Source of the DNA: Eledone cirrhosa
Lineage: Eukaryota
Length of the DNA stretch: 64,000 bases
Direction of reading: 5' to 3'
NCBI GenBank assembly: GCA_964016885.1
Contig: OZ024740.1
Location: 339,760,001-339,824,000 of the forward strand
The position numbers were made by a program, and so were the translations under genes. The notes under the pieces are model-generated. The model made no database searches. It was given only the letters and a program-made list of their open reading frames with translations, and was not told the origin of the DNA. Within the stretch, counting starts at the first letter, position 1, and the number at the start of each line of letters is the position of its first letter. Positions 13,401 to 28,770 of the stretch are shown here, in pieces.

Positions 13401-16106
13401 TCAGCAATAGTGAAAGTGTTTAGTAAAGTGATAGGAAAATATAAGTTGCAACTGGAGTATCATTCATGATTTAACACTTTCAAAAGTCCATTTCTTTTGT
13501 TTGTTTGTTGGTTGTTTTTTTGTTTTTGATTTTTGTTGGTTGCTTATAGATAATATTTAGCTATCCTTCCTTTCACATGGTGGCATTATATTTGAAATAC
13601 TAGTTTTGATTTTAAAATTTGAGATATAGTACCTTAAAAAGGTCCATCCACATGGAACTAATCTACCTATATATCGTGTATACTTCTAGGTAAGTCATAG
13701 CATTTTACTAAAAAAAAAAGAGGCATAAAAAAGCACATGTGAGTTATCAACCATACCTTGCTCTGGGCTTGAAATTTGTAGTTCACATACATCAACAAAC
13801 GATTGAGTATGTTTCATAGGCTGGTCATGTCACTATTCAGTCTATATAAATATCAGTATTGCAAAGAAACATACACTGATTATCATGTACAAAACCAAAA
13901 ACAAAAAAACATTACTTAAGCTGAATCCAATTCTCCTATAATACAAATGTGTTTATAATGATATGTAGTTTCATGAATTTATATGTACAGCCGTGTGCAA
14001 AATATATATATGCAGTTCTCTATTCGCTGGCTTTAACCCATTAGATACAAGTCAAAGGCTGAAGCCAAAATATGCTAAACATAAAGCCTTTTGAGCTTAT
14101 CTACTGCTGTGACATATTTGTGTATATACAATATATCTATGAACCTTAGATTCATTTGAAGGTCAGATACTGTGCCTGCTGGAAATCAATATGAAAGATA
14201 AAACTCCAGATAGTATATAACTTTAGGAACAGGAAGTAGGCTCAGTTCCAAGAGAGTGATAGCCTTATTTTTTTTTATTTATGTTAGTAAATAGCAATCA
14301 AAAATATATATAGTTGGGCGAAACCTTAGTTTTCTTACTAGAATATGGCACATATTTTACACTGATAAAACCACTCTCTAGTTACACTAGAATTCTCAAT
14401 TAGAATAATAGTTTACACTATTTATATTGTTGTTAACCCTAAATCATTGATAGAACCTCTACATGGTCACTTGACATCCTCTAATTAACAACTAATTTTC
14501 TCTCAAATCAGACCCTACTTTTTTTTTAAAAGAGAGACATATTAGATAATGTGGGCCTTGATACATAATGTCTGAATAAAAGATAACATTGTCATAGCTG
14601 AAAAGTATTTAATCGTGGGTCTGCTCGATCAAGGTTGACCTGGAATTAAAACAACAGCAACTTTTCTAAATCAGTAAGAAAGCTTCTACTTGGATGCATG
14701 ATCTGCTAGAAATAATAACCAAATTTCCATCAAATCCCACCCTACTATCATAAAAAAAAGGAAAGACACACCTGTATTGTACTCCTTGGTGCCTGAATAA
14801 AAGATGGGATGGTATGATCAGGGCTAGAACATCTTTAGTCATAGGTATACCTGATCTGAGTTTGTATGGGGCTAAACAAGACTTCCCAAAGTAACCCTTA
14901 ATCCCACTAATATTTGACATCCTCACAGCCTACAACATGTAAATATATTAGTTTTATAAAAAATATCTGATTTTCTAAACGAAAGACCATGACTTTTTTA
15001 ATCCACATGGATACTTTCAATATTTCAACAAAAGAAGTGCTGTAGATTGGTGCAATCAGTAGGGCATCAGACAAAATATTCCACTGCATTTAATTACATC
15101 CCTTTATAGGCACTGAATTGGTGAAGATTAAATGCATTGACATTTTTCTGGCCCTCTGTGCCTCGTGCTCAAACTCTGCCAAGGTCAACTTGGCCTTTCA
15201 TCTTTTCGGAATCAATAAATAAAGTACTAGATCATGGGCAGTGGATTAGTTTAATTATTAATGTGTCAGGTGGCCTGATATGATGATCAGCTCCTTTTTT
15301 TATATTATAAGTTCAAATCCTGCCAGAATTGTCTTTGCCTTTTATATTTCTGTGGTTAATAAAGTAAAATATCAATAAAGTACTGGGGTCAATATAGTTA
15401 ACTATAACTTCCTCAAAAAGAATTGTAGCTTTGTGCCTCTGCTAAGAATCAATATTTCCATAACTGGATATCTACTGTCCTTCTAAAATCTAGATGGATC
15501 AAGGAGGAACCTCATCTTACGCAATACATTCCATTTTTGTAATGCTTTTCTAACAGTACCCACTTTACAATACATTCTATAAAGTGGTTGGCATTAGGAA
15601 GGGAATTCAGCAATAGAAACTATGCCAAAAATGGAATATATTGAGTGAGACATGAGTTTCCAACACATCTATGACAGTAGCTCTGATATTAAGCTCTAAC
15701 TTTGTCAGACATAAAATGTTGATGATGATGACTAAAAAGTTTCCTCAATCTTATCTTGGTTTATTCTCCTCATTTCAACAGTCACTATTTAATAATGTCA
15801 TTTGTGTATTTTTCTCTTGGCTTTCTCAGAAATGTTAACCACATTGGGACCATATTTCTAATTAAATACACTCTACTTTTTCAATTAATTAATTCTCCAG
15901 TTAATTTTGAAATTAATGAAGACTTTGGATGAATTTAGTAAAAATAGCCTTTTCATTATTTAGCTGGTGTTTGAAACATAACTAAACAAAACAAAAATGA
16001 ATGAAATTATAAAGAATCTTTTAATTTAATCATGGCTGTGTTGGTTAAGAAGTTCACATCATAGCCATGTTATTTCAGGTTCTACCCACATTTCTTTGTA
16101 TGTATA

Positions 16107-16300
16107 TCATCATCATCATCACCGTTTAACGGCCATTTTTCCATGCTTGCATGGGTTAGACGCGTCGTCCATGCCGGAGGGCAAGTCTGGCCAGGGTTTG
16201 CCATGTGCCGTGCTGTACTCTGGTGAGGACTGTAAATTTGGCTGGGTATTTTACAGCTGGATGCCCTTCCTAACACCAACCACGTTTGCAGTGTGGAACT
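16107..16300 (-). mobile_element. SINE/LINE 3' fragment with (GAT)n tail
   Basis: Reverse complement of GGTTGGTGTTAGGAAGGGCATCCAGC...CCCATGCAAGCATGG..GTTAAACG(ATG)n. Similar 3' fragments at ~12020-12190, ~15580-15730, ~23527-23680, ~25272-25500 and ~56520-56892. Confidence 0.75.
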
Positions 16301-16489
16301 GGATGGTTTCCATTATGAGGAGGAACAGGCCAATTGTGTGAAACCCGTCTCACAACGGAACCATATTTTCAGAGCGCCTGACTCATAACACAGTGGAACC
16401 ATAGCTTTGGAGCCCGCTACTGGATGGCACCAATATGAGGAGCCTAACCTATCTCACAGTGAAGCCAATATATATATATATATATATAT

Positions 16490-16990
16490 CACGATAAATT
16501 AACGGAGCCAAACAGATCTCTTTGGATGGCGAAACAGATCTCTTTGGATTTGTACGTGTGTTATATAGTTATAGAGGTATTTATTTACGCTTTAATTTAT
16601 ATTTTTAATTATCGTGTCTATAGTCTGCCTTTCATAGGTTATAGATTCCATACACTGGTGGTTTTTCCTTGTTTTATTGATAGCGCACTGTATATCTCTC
16701 TCTAGTGTTTTACCTTTTCAACATATTGTATTTTATATATATATATATATATCCCACGAACCAACATCAAGTCACACATTGTACAAAATCAACACCTTTT
16801 ATGAATAAATTCTTTCATTAAATCTTCTATATTTCTCCAATATAGAAACCTATAAAAAATAAAATTAAAACTAAACTACTAGAGGCATCGTATATCTCAG
16901 AAAATAACACCAGATTAAACAACACAACACCTACATAGAAAACTAACACCTACCAGAAACAAACTCTACTATTAAATCATTTCACATTTT
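16490..16990 (+). mobile_element. Possible Penelope-like remnant among (TA)n tracts
   Basis: 16861-16938 reads KIKTKLLEASYISENNTRLNNTTPT*, resembling the GIY-YIG C-terminal LE..YI....P.LN motif. Confidence 0.35.
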
Positions 16991-18010
16991 ACTAATATAA
17001 AAATCAAAAAATTAAATCTTCAAATAAGCACAGACATCTTGGTGCAAAAGCGATACCCCATCAGGCTACAGCTGTCACTGTTGCTGATTGTGCTTGTCTG
17101 TGATAATCATAATATATATAAGATGTAAGCCACAGTTTTTCAGCAAAGTAGCTAAAATTTTACATAGGGGTGCATATTTTTATGAAGGCCATATTACTTT
17201 TTTGATAGCTCAAAAAAAATTACATTTATGAATAATGTATCCTTACTGTGATGTATACTTTAGAAGGAAATGGTTTTTGTAATGAAGAAGAAAAGAGGGA
17301 GACACACATGTATTTGAGTAGAGGAGATGGAGATAAGTAATTACAACCAATTTGTCTATTTACTGTCCATTTATATATGTGTGTATGTATACAAAAATAG
17401 AAACTGTTTCTATAATGATGAATGTGTATTTTCTATGAAAGAAAATTGATTTTATAAATTATAAGTCTTAAATGTTGAAAGACTGAGCAGACTTTATTTA
17501 AATGCAATAGATGGAAAAAATAATAAAAAACAACATTGTTTTTTAGAATAATATAAATGTTCAATTCGTTTTATTCCAATTCTATTTCTATATCACTCAC
17601 ACATAGCAGCCTCCTTTTTAAAGATATTCATTTCATTCCTTTAAAATATTTAGGTGTACGTGTATGTATATGAGTGTATATGTGATTATGAATATGTTGT
17701 CTGAATATATTTGTTTGTTGCTATATTAGTATACAAGTTGCAGAAGGCTCTAATTTTTAGGACTGTATGCTATATAAAAAAATGTTATTTTCAATTTTTA
17801 AAGGTATGAATCCTATTGAATATCATATGTTCAACAATGAGCTTACAATTATCAAATGGTGGTGTCACAGCATGGCCTCAGCCTGTTGGCTGAAACACAT
17901 AAAGGAGTAAAAGAGATTAGAATTGACCTGCAGATAATCCTCATATATATGTTTCCACAAAGTTTTATAATAAACATTTCCCAGCCCCATAATGTTTCTT
18001 TGAAAATTCC

Positions 18011-18236
18011 TTAAACCCTTAGCATTTAAACCAGCTGAATCCGGCCAAAACTCTCTCACCTCTTTCTCTTCAAACTGGCTGTAACCAACCACTCATACTG
18101 ATGTTAAAATATTGTTCTCAAAATAAATGATATCAAAATCTCATAGATTCAATATTATGAGATATCATGTGATATAAAGCCTTTACCAAGAAAATACAAT
18201 AGTAAATATAGAGTAATGTAAATGTTAAAGTGTCAA
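18011..18236. mobile_element. piggyBac-type MITE (same family as 3549-3759)
   Basis: TTAAACCCTTAGCATTTAAACC start and shared internal sequence. Confidence 0.68.
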
Positions 18237-21200
18237 ACATTAAAAATTATTATGCTGCAGAAAAAGAAAAATATTTGAGTAAAGGTTAAAATTTGGGATA
18301 GGAAGGACAACCAGCTAAAGAAACCATAAGGGTTGAGATTGCTCTTCAGCCACATCTTGGTATTAACAACCTCTCTAGTGTCAGTGCCATGATACAATGC
18401 ACCCTGTACACTCTGTAAAGTTGTTACATTAGGAAAGGCTAAACACAGAATATACTGAGCTGTCTAGGAAGACAATATTTCCAATTAAGTACTGACCATA
18501 ACAGTCCAATACTAGCCACCATGAAAAAAGAATCTAAAATGATGATGATGATGATATATGTAAATATATATGGTAGGGAGGGAGGGTAACATACATATAT
18601 GTGAGTGTTTATGTGTATGTGTTCATGTGTCTGTGTGTGTGTGTCTGTCTGTCTGCCGTGTATGTGTCCATGTGTCTGTGTGCCTGGCTGTATGTATATG
18701 TGTGCTGGAAATAATGTAATAAAACACCTACAAAGTAAATACATTTTCTCTTCTTTCTTACTCCACTGTATTTCAGAACTGTTCTATGAATAACTAAATT
18801 TCATCAATTCCTGCTAATTTACACTTTAACTTGCCCAATAACTAGACAGTTGCTGTTACTCTCTTACACATTTGATACATATACATTGTTATTGATCTAG
18901 TAATAAATTCAATTTAACAATTAGCTACAGCAGCTAATTTTTCTGACATCTCAAAGCCTTGTTGAAAATGTCTATAACCAAATTATTTGCTGTTAGATAT
19001 ATATCTGCTATTACTGCACACACTCTAGGTTCTCTGTTGCTACCATCTGACTCCTGTTGACTACTCCCAACTTACACATCAATTTTTACTCATTTCAACT
19101 TGATTTCTTCCACTGAGATATGATTTTATTCTTATCATCATCATCATCATCATCTTGACCATCACTGTCATCATCATTGCTGCCATAATCACCATCACCC
19201 CCACCATTATCACCATCATCATCTCACCATTATCACCATTACCATCATCCCCACCATTATCGCCATCACCATCATCCCCACCATTATCACCCCCACCATT
19301 ATCACCATCATCATCATCATCTCACCATTATCACCATCACCATCATCCCCACCATTATCGCCATCACCATCATCCCCACCATTATCGCCATCACCATCAT
19401 CGACACCATTACCATTATTATCATCATCATCCCCACCATCATTATCATGTCAGCCTTTCCAAGCCAACATAGGTTGAGGCAGATTTTCTGAGGCAGTTCG
19501 TTTTTTTTTTTGTCTACTGCTAGATGCCATTCCTGATGCCAATGCCTATTGTCTTATTTCTAAGTATGGTATATATCACAGAAGTTTGCCAAACTGCTCA
19601 GCTGTGAGACATATTGTTTAAGACAGGCATAAACATCATTGCTTGCTTTCAGTACAGAGATGAACGAAGCAATTGACTTAATCAACTTTCCTTACTTCCC
19701 AAATTGTTGGCCTTCTGCCAAAATTAGAAATTATTATGCTAAGCCTCTTAAAATTCTTTATTATTTCAGTTAATTGTTCATAATTTATCTCATTAGAAAT
19801 ATGTTCATAAAATGGTTAAAGCACAATATCTTCAAACATGTTTTGTATTCTTTCTATATTACTACTAACAACAATACAGTGAACAAGATGTTTCAGTATC
19901 TACCTCATCTTTGAAATGTATGGACCCATGTTTGCTGATGGAGTCTTTGAGAAAGAGGAGGGTAGAGAGAAAGTGTGAAAGAAACACAGAGAAAGAATTG
20001 ACCCTAGTACTGGACAGGTACTTTTTTTTTTATTAACTTGAAAAGGGTGAAAGGTAAAGTTGACCTTGGTGGAATTTGAACTCAGGGTGAAGAGACCCAG
20101 AACAGATACTATAAAACATTCAATTGGATATTCCAACAAGTCTGCTAATTCACCACCATATCATATTTGAAATGCGAGCATGGTCCTGTAATTTATGAAG
20201 GAGTTGTAGGGGGGCTGTATTGACGTACAGCATTTCTAGGGCACTTTTAAAACCTGGCAGAACCCATCTCCTCTCCAGGTCTGAATACAGCAGCTTTCTT
20301 CCAGAGAAGAATAGAGAATAAGAGAATGGAAGTGAGAAAGAGACATAGAGAAAGAATCAACCCCCAGTACTTGACTGGTACTTTTTTTTATCAACTTCGA
20401 AAGGCAATGTTGACCTCAGCGGGATTTAAACTCAGAAAGTAGAGAACCAAAATGAATACTGCAAAGCATTTTATCCAATGTTCTAATAACTTTGCCAATT
20501 TGCCACCTTTCATCTTTGAAATACTGACCCTAAATTAATGAAATACTACTGTTCTTATTCTGAAGACTTCTTTTGTTGTCTTATAAACTTTGAACAATTC
20601 CTATCATGAATTTTACTGATTAGAATTACTGGATTCTTTTATTTTACTTTAATTTTTATCTTTTAATGTTTTATCTCCATTTTTCACTATTTGCACCATT
20701 TTTTACTGCTTGGATGGCTCATATGGTTCGTTCATTGGAACACTGGTTTTCACAGATGGATAGATTTCCTACCGCTAACCTTTCAATTGTGAAACATAGA
20801 TGTAACCTGTTTATCTGTTCAGTTAGACAAACTAGAATAATTAAAGTTAGATACTTTGCTCAGACTTAGAACACAGTAACTGTAGTAAGATCTGAACTTC
20901 TGATCATGTGGTTCAGTAACCCAGAAGACTTAACTTCACAGCCATTATATATAAATATAAACACTTCAGAAATCATTCTCAATAAACAACCACTACAATC
21001 TCCACTACTCCAAGTACATCAGTCATAACCACTACAACCCCAACTACAATCAGCACACCTACTATCTTCAATTCAACAGCCATCACCACCACTTCAACCA
21101 CCATCATACCCACTTCAACCACTTCAACAACCACCAACACCATTTCAACAATCACCACCTTTACAACCACTACCTCCTACCACTACTCCACAGCCAAACA

Positions 21201-22023
21201 CTACAACTACTATTACTATTCCTATTGCTAATATCACTTTCAGAGGAAACATTTCCAATTGCATTTAAAAGAAAATCATTGCCAATTTTCTTGACTTTAG
21301 AATTTCATGTGTATGTTATATTGTTTCATTAACTCTTTCCAAGTCCTGTGTCACCTCCATGCAGCAATTTATTCTTATTTTCTTAACTTTATCGTGACAT
21401 TATCAATCCTTCAATTTATATCTTTTGTTTTTGTTGTTGTTGTTTTTTTTGTTGGGATATTTTTCTGATCTGTTTTTAAACTGATTTTGCTGCAAGTGAG
21501 AAGCTATATTGAATGACTCATCATATAGCATGAACACACAACAAACGGTCAATATGCTGCACTGATAGTTATCAACACTTAACATAGCAAACAACTGATT
21601 GTTAGTTGTTCCCAACAGGGGAATAAGGGATTGCTGGGTAATTCTAACATGAGAGTTATGCCAGAGTTTAGATTATCTGCCAGCAATTTTGTATACTGGT
21701 TGACGCTAATTCCGATAATGCAATACAATGCTTGTGATTCTGTAGTTCGCAATGTCAAACTATGTTATGCAACAGATTGTACAGCATTGTTTCATAATAG
21801 ACAAAAGCTTAGTATATATCATCAGCATCGTTTAACGTCCATCTTCTATGCTAGCATGGGTTGGATGGTTTTGTCCCACTTGATATCTTGATATATATGA
21901 CAGAATCACTAGCACTATGGTGGGGGGGGGGGGGATTATTGCCCCAGTTCAACTCTGATCAGACAGACCTTTGATCAATGGTGTTCTACTCATAACATTT
22001 CCATCTGTACGAAGTATATATAT

Positions 22024-22198
22024 AGACCGGGTGATGTGTTGTTTCCTTGAGCAAGACACTTTATTTCACATTGCTCCAGTTTACTCAGCTGTAGAAATGA
22101 GATGATAGGGCATCCAGCTGTAGAAATCAAGCCAGAATCAGTTCCCGTCCCACCCTTGCAAGCAGAGAAAAGCGGACGTGAAATGATGATGATGATGA
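22024..22198 (+). mobile_element. Truncated, internally deleted copy of the 42498 SINE family
   Basis: Matches from AGACCGGGTGATG, with a deletion joining GATAGGG to CATCCAGCTG at AGGG microhomology. The mariner sits immediately after its tail. Confidence 0.82.
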
Positions 22199-22202
22199 TA
22201 TA

Positions 22203-23096
<894 letters not shown>

Positions 23097-23871
23097 TATA
23101 TATATATATACACACATCATACAAACAACCAACATTTAGCTGCTCATCACTCAATTACTAACTCATGTATCATCTTTACATATATGTATGTGTTGGTGTA
23201 ATCATTTTTTTATGTCTCTTCTCTTCATACTTCATTGATACCATTGTAGGAGTGGAATTGTTTATGTTCCATATAATCAAGAGTCCTATGGCTGATTGGT
23301 TTGAGAGGCAAAGCTTTGTACCATATGTAAAAAATAAAAAAAATAATCAATTTAAGTTTGTTGTTAGAAAGGATATCCAGTGTTAAAATTCTGGACAGGT
23401 CTTTTCCAGCACAGCATTCACCCACTCATTTTAGTCCTTCATCATCTCAGTGAGATTCTGCAATTTAAGATCAGCTCTCACAACCTCTGTCCAGGTTTTT
23501 CATGGGCTCCACTACTGCAGCTTCCTTCATCATCATCATCATCACCGTTTTACGTCCGTTCTTCCACGCTAGCATGGGTTAGACGGGTTGTCCTGTTGTG
23601 GGCAGTGTCTGGTCGGCTGACCATGCCTTGCTCATACAGGAACTGATCTGGCTTGATTTCTACAGCTGGATGCCCTTCCTAGATTCACTAGCTACTTGGC
23701 TGTTATTTTCAGCAGATTATATGTCTATATACAGTTTTTTATGCTAGTTGTATGGGGATTCCATGCTGATGTTCATAGTGATACTCTATAGCTTCTACTT
23801 CAATATTATCAAGCATCTCCAAAACTTTGTAATAAATGATCAAATGTACTGTTGAGGTTCATAAAGCCAGA

Positions 23872-24290
23872 ATGGACACTGTCACTTTCATATGAAGACT
23901 GTCTCCTCCATATGGACGCTATCGCTTCTATATGGAGACTGTCCGTTTCATACGAACAGTCTCTTCCATACTGACACTGTCTCTTCCATATTGGCACTGT
24001 CTCTTCCATATGGAAAACTTACTCTTTCCCATGGCTACTGCTCTTTCTACATGGATCCTGTCTTTCCCAGATAGACACTGTCCAAGAGCATTGCTCCTTC
24101 TTCATCGGCACAACCCCTTTTTCATAGGTACTACTCCTAAATAGACTCTGTCTCTTCCACATGAGCACTGCTTTATCTTCAAGAGTACGGCCCCTTACAT
24201 GTAAGCACTGTTCTTTCCCTGTGGACACTGTCCCTTCACCAGAGCACTGTCTCTTTCTTATGAACATTGCTTCTTCTACATAAACACTAA
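23872..24290. repeat. Degenerate ~21-bp minisatellite
   Basis: Recurring GGACACTGTCTCTTCCATAT-like units. Confidence 0.75.
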
Positions 24291-25852
24291 ACTTTCCTTC
24301 AAACCTAACAAATAAAGAAAAGAAAAATAGGTTGGGCCTAAGTTTTTGATATATTATATTATTCGTGCTTATTTCATTCATTTGGAGAAATGTATCTAAG
24401 ATTTGAACACAGAACAGCTAGCTACTACAATCATCTTGTCGACTATAAAGTCTCTTTCCCCTCTCATCATCCTTTCTTTTCGACCGTAATGTCATCTTAC
24501 TCACCAATTCATTGGATTTTATTATACCATTTATTGTCATTCTATTAACCCATTACATTTTTTTCTAATTATCCTAAAAGCTTTTGAAATAGAAAATACT
24601 TAGAAATTATTAATATTGCTATTACATGTTGTAATAATAATATATTAATCAATATTAACATAATAACTCATCACAGAATTTATAAAAATGAAAGAAATGA
24701 ATCTGACGCTGCAAAATATCAAATATTTTCTACCAAGAATGTGTTTTCTAATATTGATGCTTTCTCATGGTGCTCTTTCTAGCCTGTCTTCTTATTTGAT
24801 CTATTTCATAGCTACAGCTTGGTTTTGATTGGAAAATAGCCTAAGATAACTGGCTGACAACGACTGTTATGAACATAAGAAAATAGTTTCAGGTTTTGAA
24901 GTCTTTGTGCATAAAAGAAAAAAAGATTCCCTAATCTCTAAAGACTTTTCAGCATAGTTTGTTTATAAATAACCTTAGATAAACATGTTTGCCTTGCACC
25001 ACTGCACAATGAATAAACAGATGACAAAATACTAATTCAGTTTGGACAATATTTTATACTTCAAACAAGATTTTTTTTCTGTAAAAACCCTGCAGAAAAT
25101 GTCAAGATTTCTTTCATCTATTTTCATAGACATTGAGTAGAAATTTCCTGTTTTATGTAAAGATTTTGCCAGTGCCAATTGTTGCAGGATATGATAATTT
25201 GCTTCCAAATTTCACTAGAGCTTTTGATTGAATCATAATATTGTATAGCTAAAACTATTGCCATATAATTGTCATCATCATCATCATCAGTTTATGTATG
25301 TTTCCATGCTGCCATTGGTTGCACAAGTTGTTACAGACTGTGTCAGGTCTTATTTTATGTTACTGCTCTCTTAGACAGGTCAGCAGATCATGTCTTCTTG
25401 CCTGTTCTATTTTTTTGGCATGGTTTCTACAGCTAGACATCGTTCCTAACACTATCCACTTTACAGGGTGTACTAGATACATTTTATCATAACACCAGCA
25501 TAACAAAAGTTGTCTTGTCCTTGGCAGGTCTAGAATTGTTTTCTGTTCATTTTCTACCTTTACAGAGTATACTCAATCCATTTTATCATTGGATGCAGCA
25601 TGGGTCAATTGTTAAAAGGTTTACTTTACATCCATTAAGTCCTGGGTTTGACCCCACAGCATGGCATCTTGGACAAGTATCATTTACTATAGCCTCAGGT
25701 CAGTCCATACCTTTTGAGGGGAATTGGGTAGATGGAAACTATTTGGAAGCCTGTCAGATGGACTGTACTTGTAATTCAAAAGACCAACCATGTCACACAC
25801 AATATCACAATAAATTTCCTTATGAATTGCATTAAGGATTCACATGTCTGTG

Positions 25853-28035
25853 GAATACTGTATTCAGTTATCTTCTACATCACACTGCAATGTTATAACA
25901 TCTATACACACCATTGTGATCTACTGTATTTTGTTATCTTCTACATCAGACGGCAGCATAGTAACATCTTCTTCAACACACCACACTGCTCTATTGTATT
26001 CTAGAAAACACCACTGTGTTATACTGTCTTTTATGATTCAATACTGTACTCTGTTATCTTCTATATCACACTGCAATGTTATAACATCTAAAACACAATA
26101 CTGTATTCTGTTATCTTCTATATCACACTGCAATGTTATAACATCTAAAACACAATACTGTATTTTGTTATCTTCTATATCACACTGCAATGTTATAACA
26201 TCTAAAACACAATACTGTATTCTGTTATCTTCTACATCACACTGCAGTGTTATAACATCTATAACACAATACTGTATTCTGTTATCTTCTACATCACACT
26301 GCAATGTTATAACATCTATAACACAATACTGTATTCTGTTATCTTCTACATCACACTGCAATGTTGTAACATCTATAACACAATACTGTATTCTGTTATC
26401 TTCTACATCACACTGCAGTGTTGTAACATCTATAACACAATACTGTATTCTGTTATCTTCTACATCACACTGCAATGTTATAACATCTATAACACAATAC
26501 TGTATTCTGTTATCTTCTACATCACACTGCAGTGTTGTAACATCTATAACACAATACTGTATTCTGTTATCTTCTACATCACATTGCAATGTTATAACAT
26601 CTATAACACAATACTGTATTCTGTTATCTTCTACATCACACTGCAGTGTTATAACATCTATAACACAATACTGTATTCTGTTATCTTCTACATCACACTG
26701 CAATGTTATAACATCTATAACACAATACTGTATACTCTTATCTTCTACATCACATTGCAATGTTATAACATCTATAACACAATACTGTATTCTGTTATCT
26801 TCTACATCACACTGCAATGTTGTAACATCTATAACACAATACTGTATTCTGTTATCTTCTATATCACACTGCAGTGTTGTAACATCTATAACACAATACT
26901 GTATTCTGTTATCTTCTATATCACACTGCAGCATAGTAACATCTTCTACAACAAACCACACCACACTGTTCAACTGTTTTCAATAACTCAATACTGTATT
27001 ATGTTATCTTCTACATCACACTACAGTCTTATAACATCTATAACAACAAAATGTATGCTGTTATTTTCTACATCACACTGCAGCAGAATAACATGTTCTA
27101 CAACAAACCACACTGTTCTACTGTATTCTAGAAAACAACACTGTATTCTGCTGTCTTCTACATCACACTACAATCTTATAACATATATAAGACAACACTG
27201 TATTTTGTTATCTTCTACATCACACTGCAATGTTATAACATCTATAACACAATACTGTATTTTGTTATCTTCTACATCACACTGCAGCGTTGTAACATCT
27301 ATAACACAATACTGTATTCTGTTATCTTCTACATCACACTGCAGTGTTATAACATCTATAACACAATACTGTATTCTGTTATCTTCTACATCACACTGCA
27401 ATGTTATAACATCTATAACACAATACTGTATTCTGTTATCTTCTACATCACACTGCAGTGTTATAACATCTATAACACAATACTGTATTCTGTTATCTTC
27501 TACATCACACTGCAATGTTATAACATCTATAACACAATACTGTATTCTGTTATCTTCTACATCACACTGCAATGTTATAACATCTATAACACAATACTGT
27601 ATTCTGTTATCTTCTATATCACACTGCAATGTTATAACATCTATAACACAATACTGTATACTCTTATCTTTTATATCACACTGCAGCATAGTAACATCTA
27701 CAACAAACCACACCACACTGTTCAACTGTTTTCAATAACTCAATACTGTATTATGTTATCTTCTACATCACACTACAGTCTTATAACATCTATAACACAA
27801 CAAAATGTATTCTGTTATTTTCTACATCACACGGCAGCATAGTAACATGTGCTACAACACACCCCACTGTTCTACTGTATTCTAGAAAACAACACCATGT
27901 TCTACTGTCTTCTATTTACACAATATTATATTCTGTTGTCTTCTATAATGCCATACTGTATTCTACTATCTTCTATATCACATTACAATATTGTAACATC
28001 TATAACACAATACTACTCAGCTGTCTTCTATATCA
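25853..28035. repeat. 57-bp tandem satellite with higher-order duplication
   Basis: Unit CAATACTGTATTCTGTTATCTTCTACATCACACTGCAATGTTATAACATCTATAACA, seen as 19-aa periodic ORFs in three frames. Confidence 0.95.
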
Positions 28036-28703
28036 CACCACAATTATATAATCAACCATTAAATCAGTCCCGCTGAGAAATGTGGAGTTTATGACAAGTG
28101 AAGTAATTGAAATAATATAATTCTGCAATATATTGTGCAACTGTATTAGATTCTATTGCATTTGGCACAAATTATAAAATTTCTGCATCTTAAATAAAGT
28201 GACTCTGACTCCAATGGTTTTGTCTTATCTTTTTTTTCTCCTTCTTTACACCCACCCCCACCTCATCTCAATAGATTTCTAATTTTAGTAAACATCATTT
28301 TTCTATTTCCTAAAATTCCTTTTGTTTTTGTTCATGTTCTTATTCTTGTCTTTAAATCCTGCTTTTGAAGCTACCAACCTCCTTGCTGTCTCCTCCTTGC
28401 TGCCTCCTCCTCATTGCATTCAGCAGCCTATTTTGGTGCCTTTAGCTGCAAATGGGCCATAATTGTCTTGTATTCATATTGACGGAAGACAGTAATACAG
28501 CCCAGTTAAATTTTCATGTTAGCATGTTTCCTGACTCATTAATACAAGCCACCTGCACCTTCCTCTTGACCTTTTACCAACTTTTCTCTCCTCTTCACAC
28601 AACTTTCAACTTATTTCCTTTCTTGTTTCCTTCTTTCATTCAATTTCATTTGTATTTTATATTTTTATTTTTATTTTTTACTTTTTGTTCACTTTTCATC
28701 GCT

Positions 28704-28770
28704 CTTCTTCTTCTTCTTCTTCTTCTTCTTCTTCTTCTTCTTCTTCTTCTTCTTCTTCTTCTTCTTCTTC
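28704..28770. repeat. (CTT)n microsatellite
   Basis: About 22 perfect units. Confidence 0.95.

Noticed and set aside
12961-13407. His-, Pro- or Thr-rich ORFs (also 19155-19472, 20979-21170)
   Set aside because: These are degenerate trinucleotide repeats with no exon signals.
16500-16550. GCCA..TGGC-GAAAC hammerhead-like half motif
   Set aside because: There is no CUGANGA core upstream, and a short direct duplication (AAACAGATCTCTTTGGAT) explains the pattern.
25844-27738. Long ORFs of 185-384 aa
   Set aside because: They are the product of a 57-bp stop-free tandem unit, open on both strands, with no domain similarity or splice evidence.
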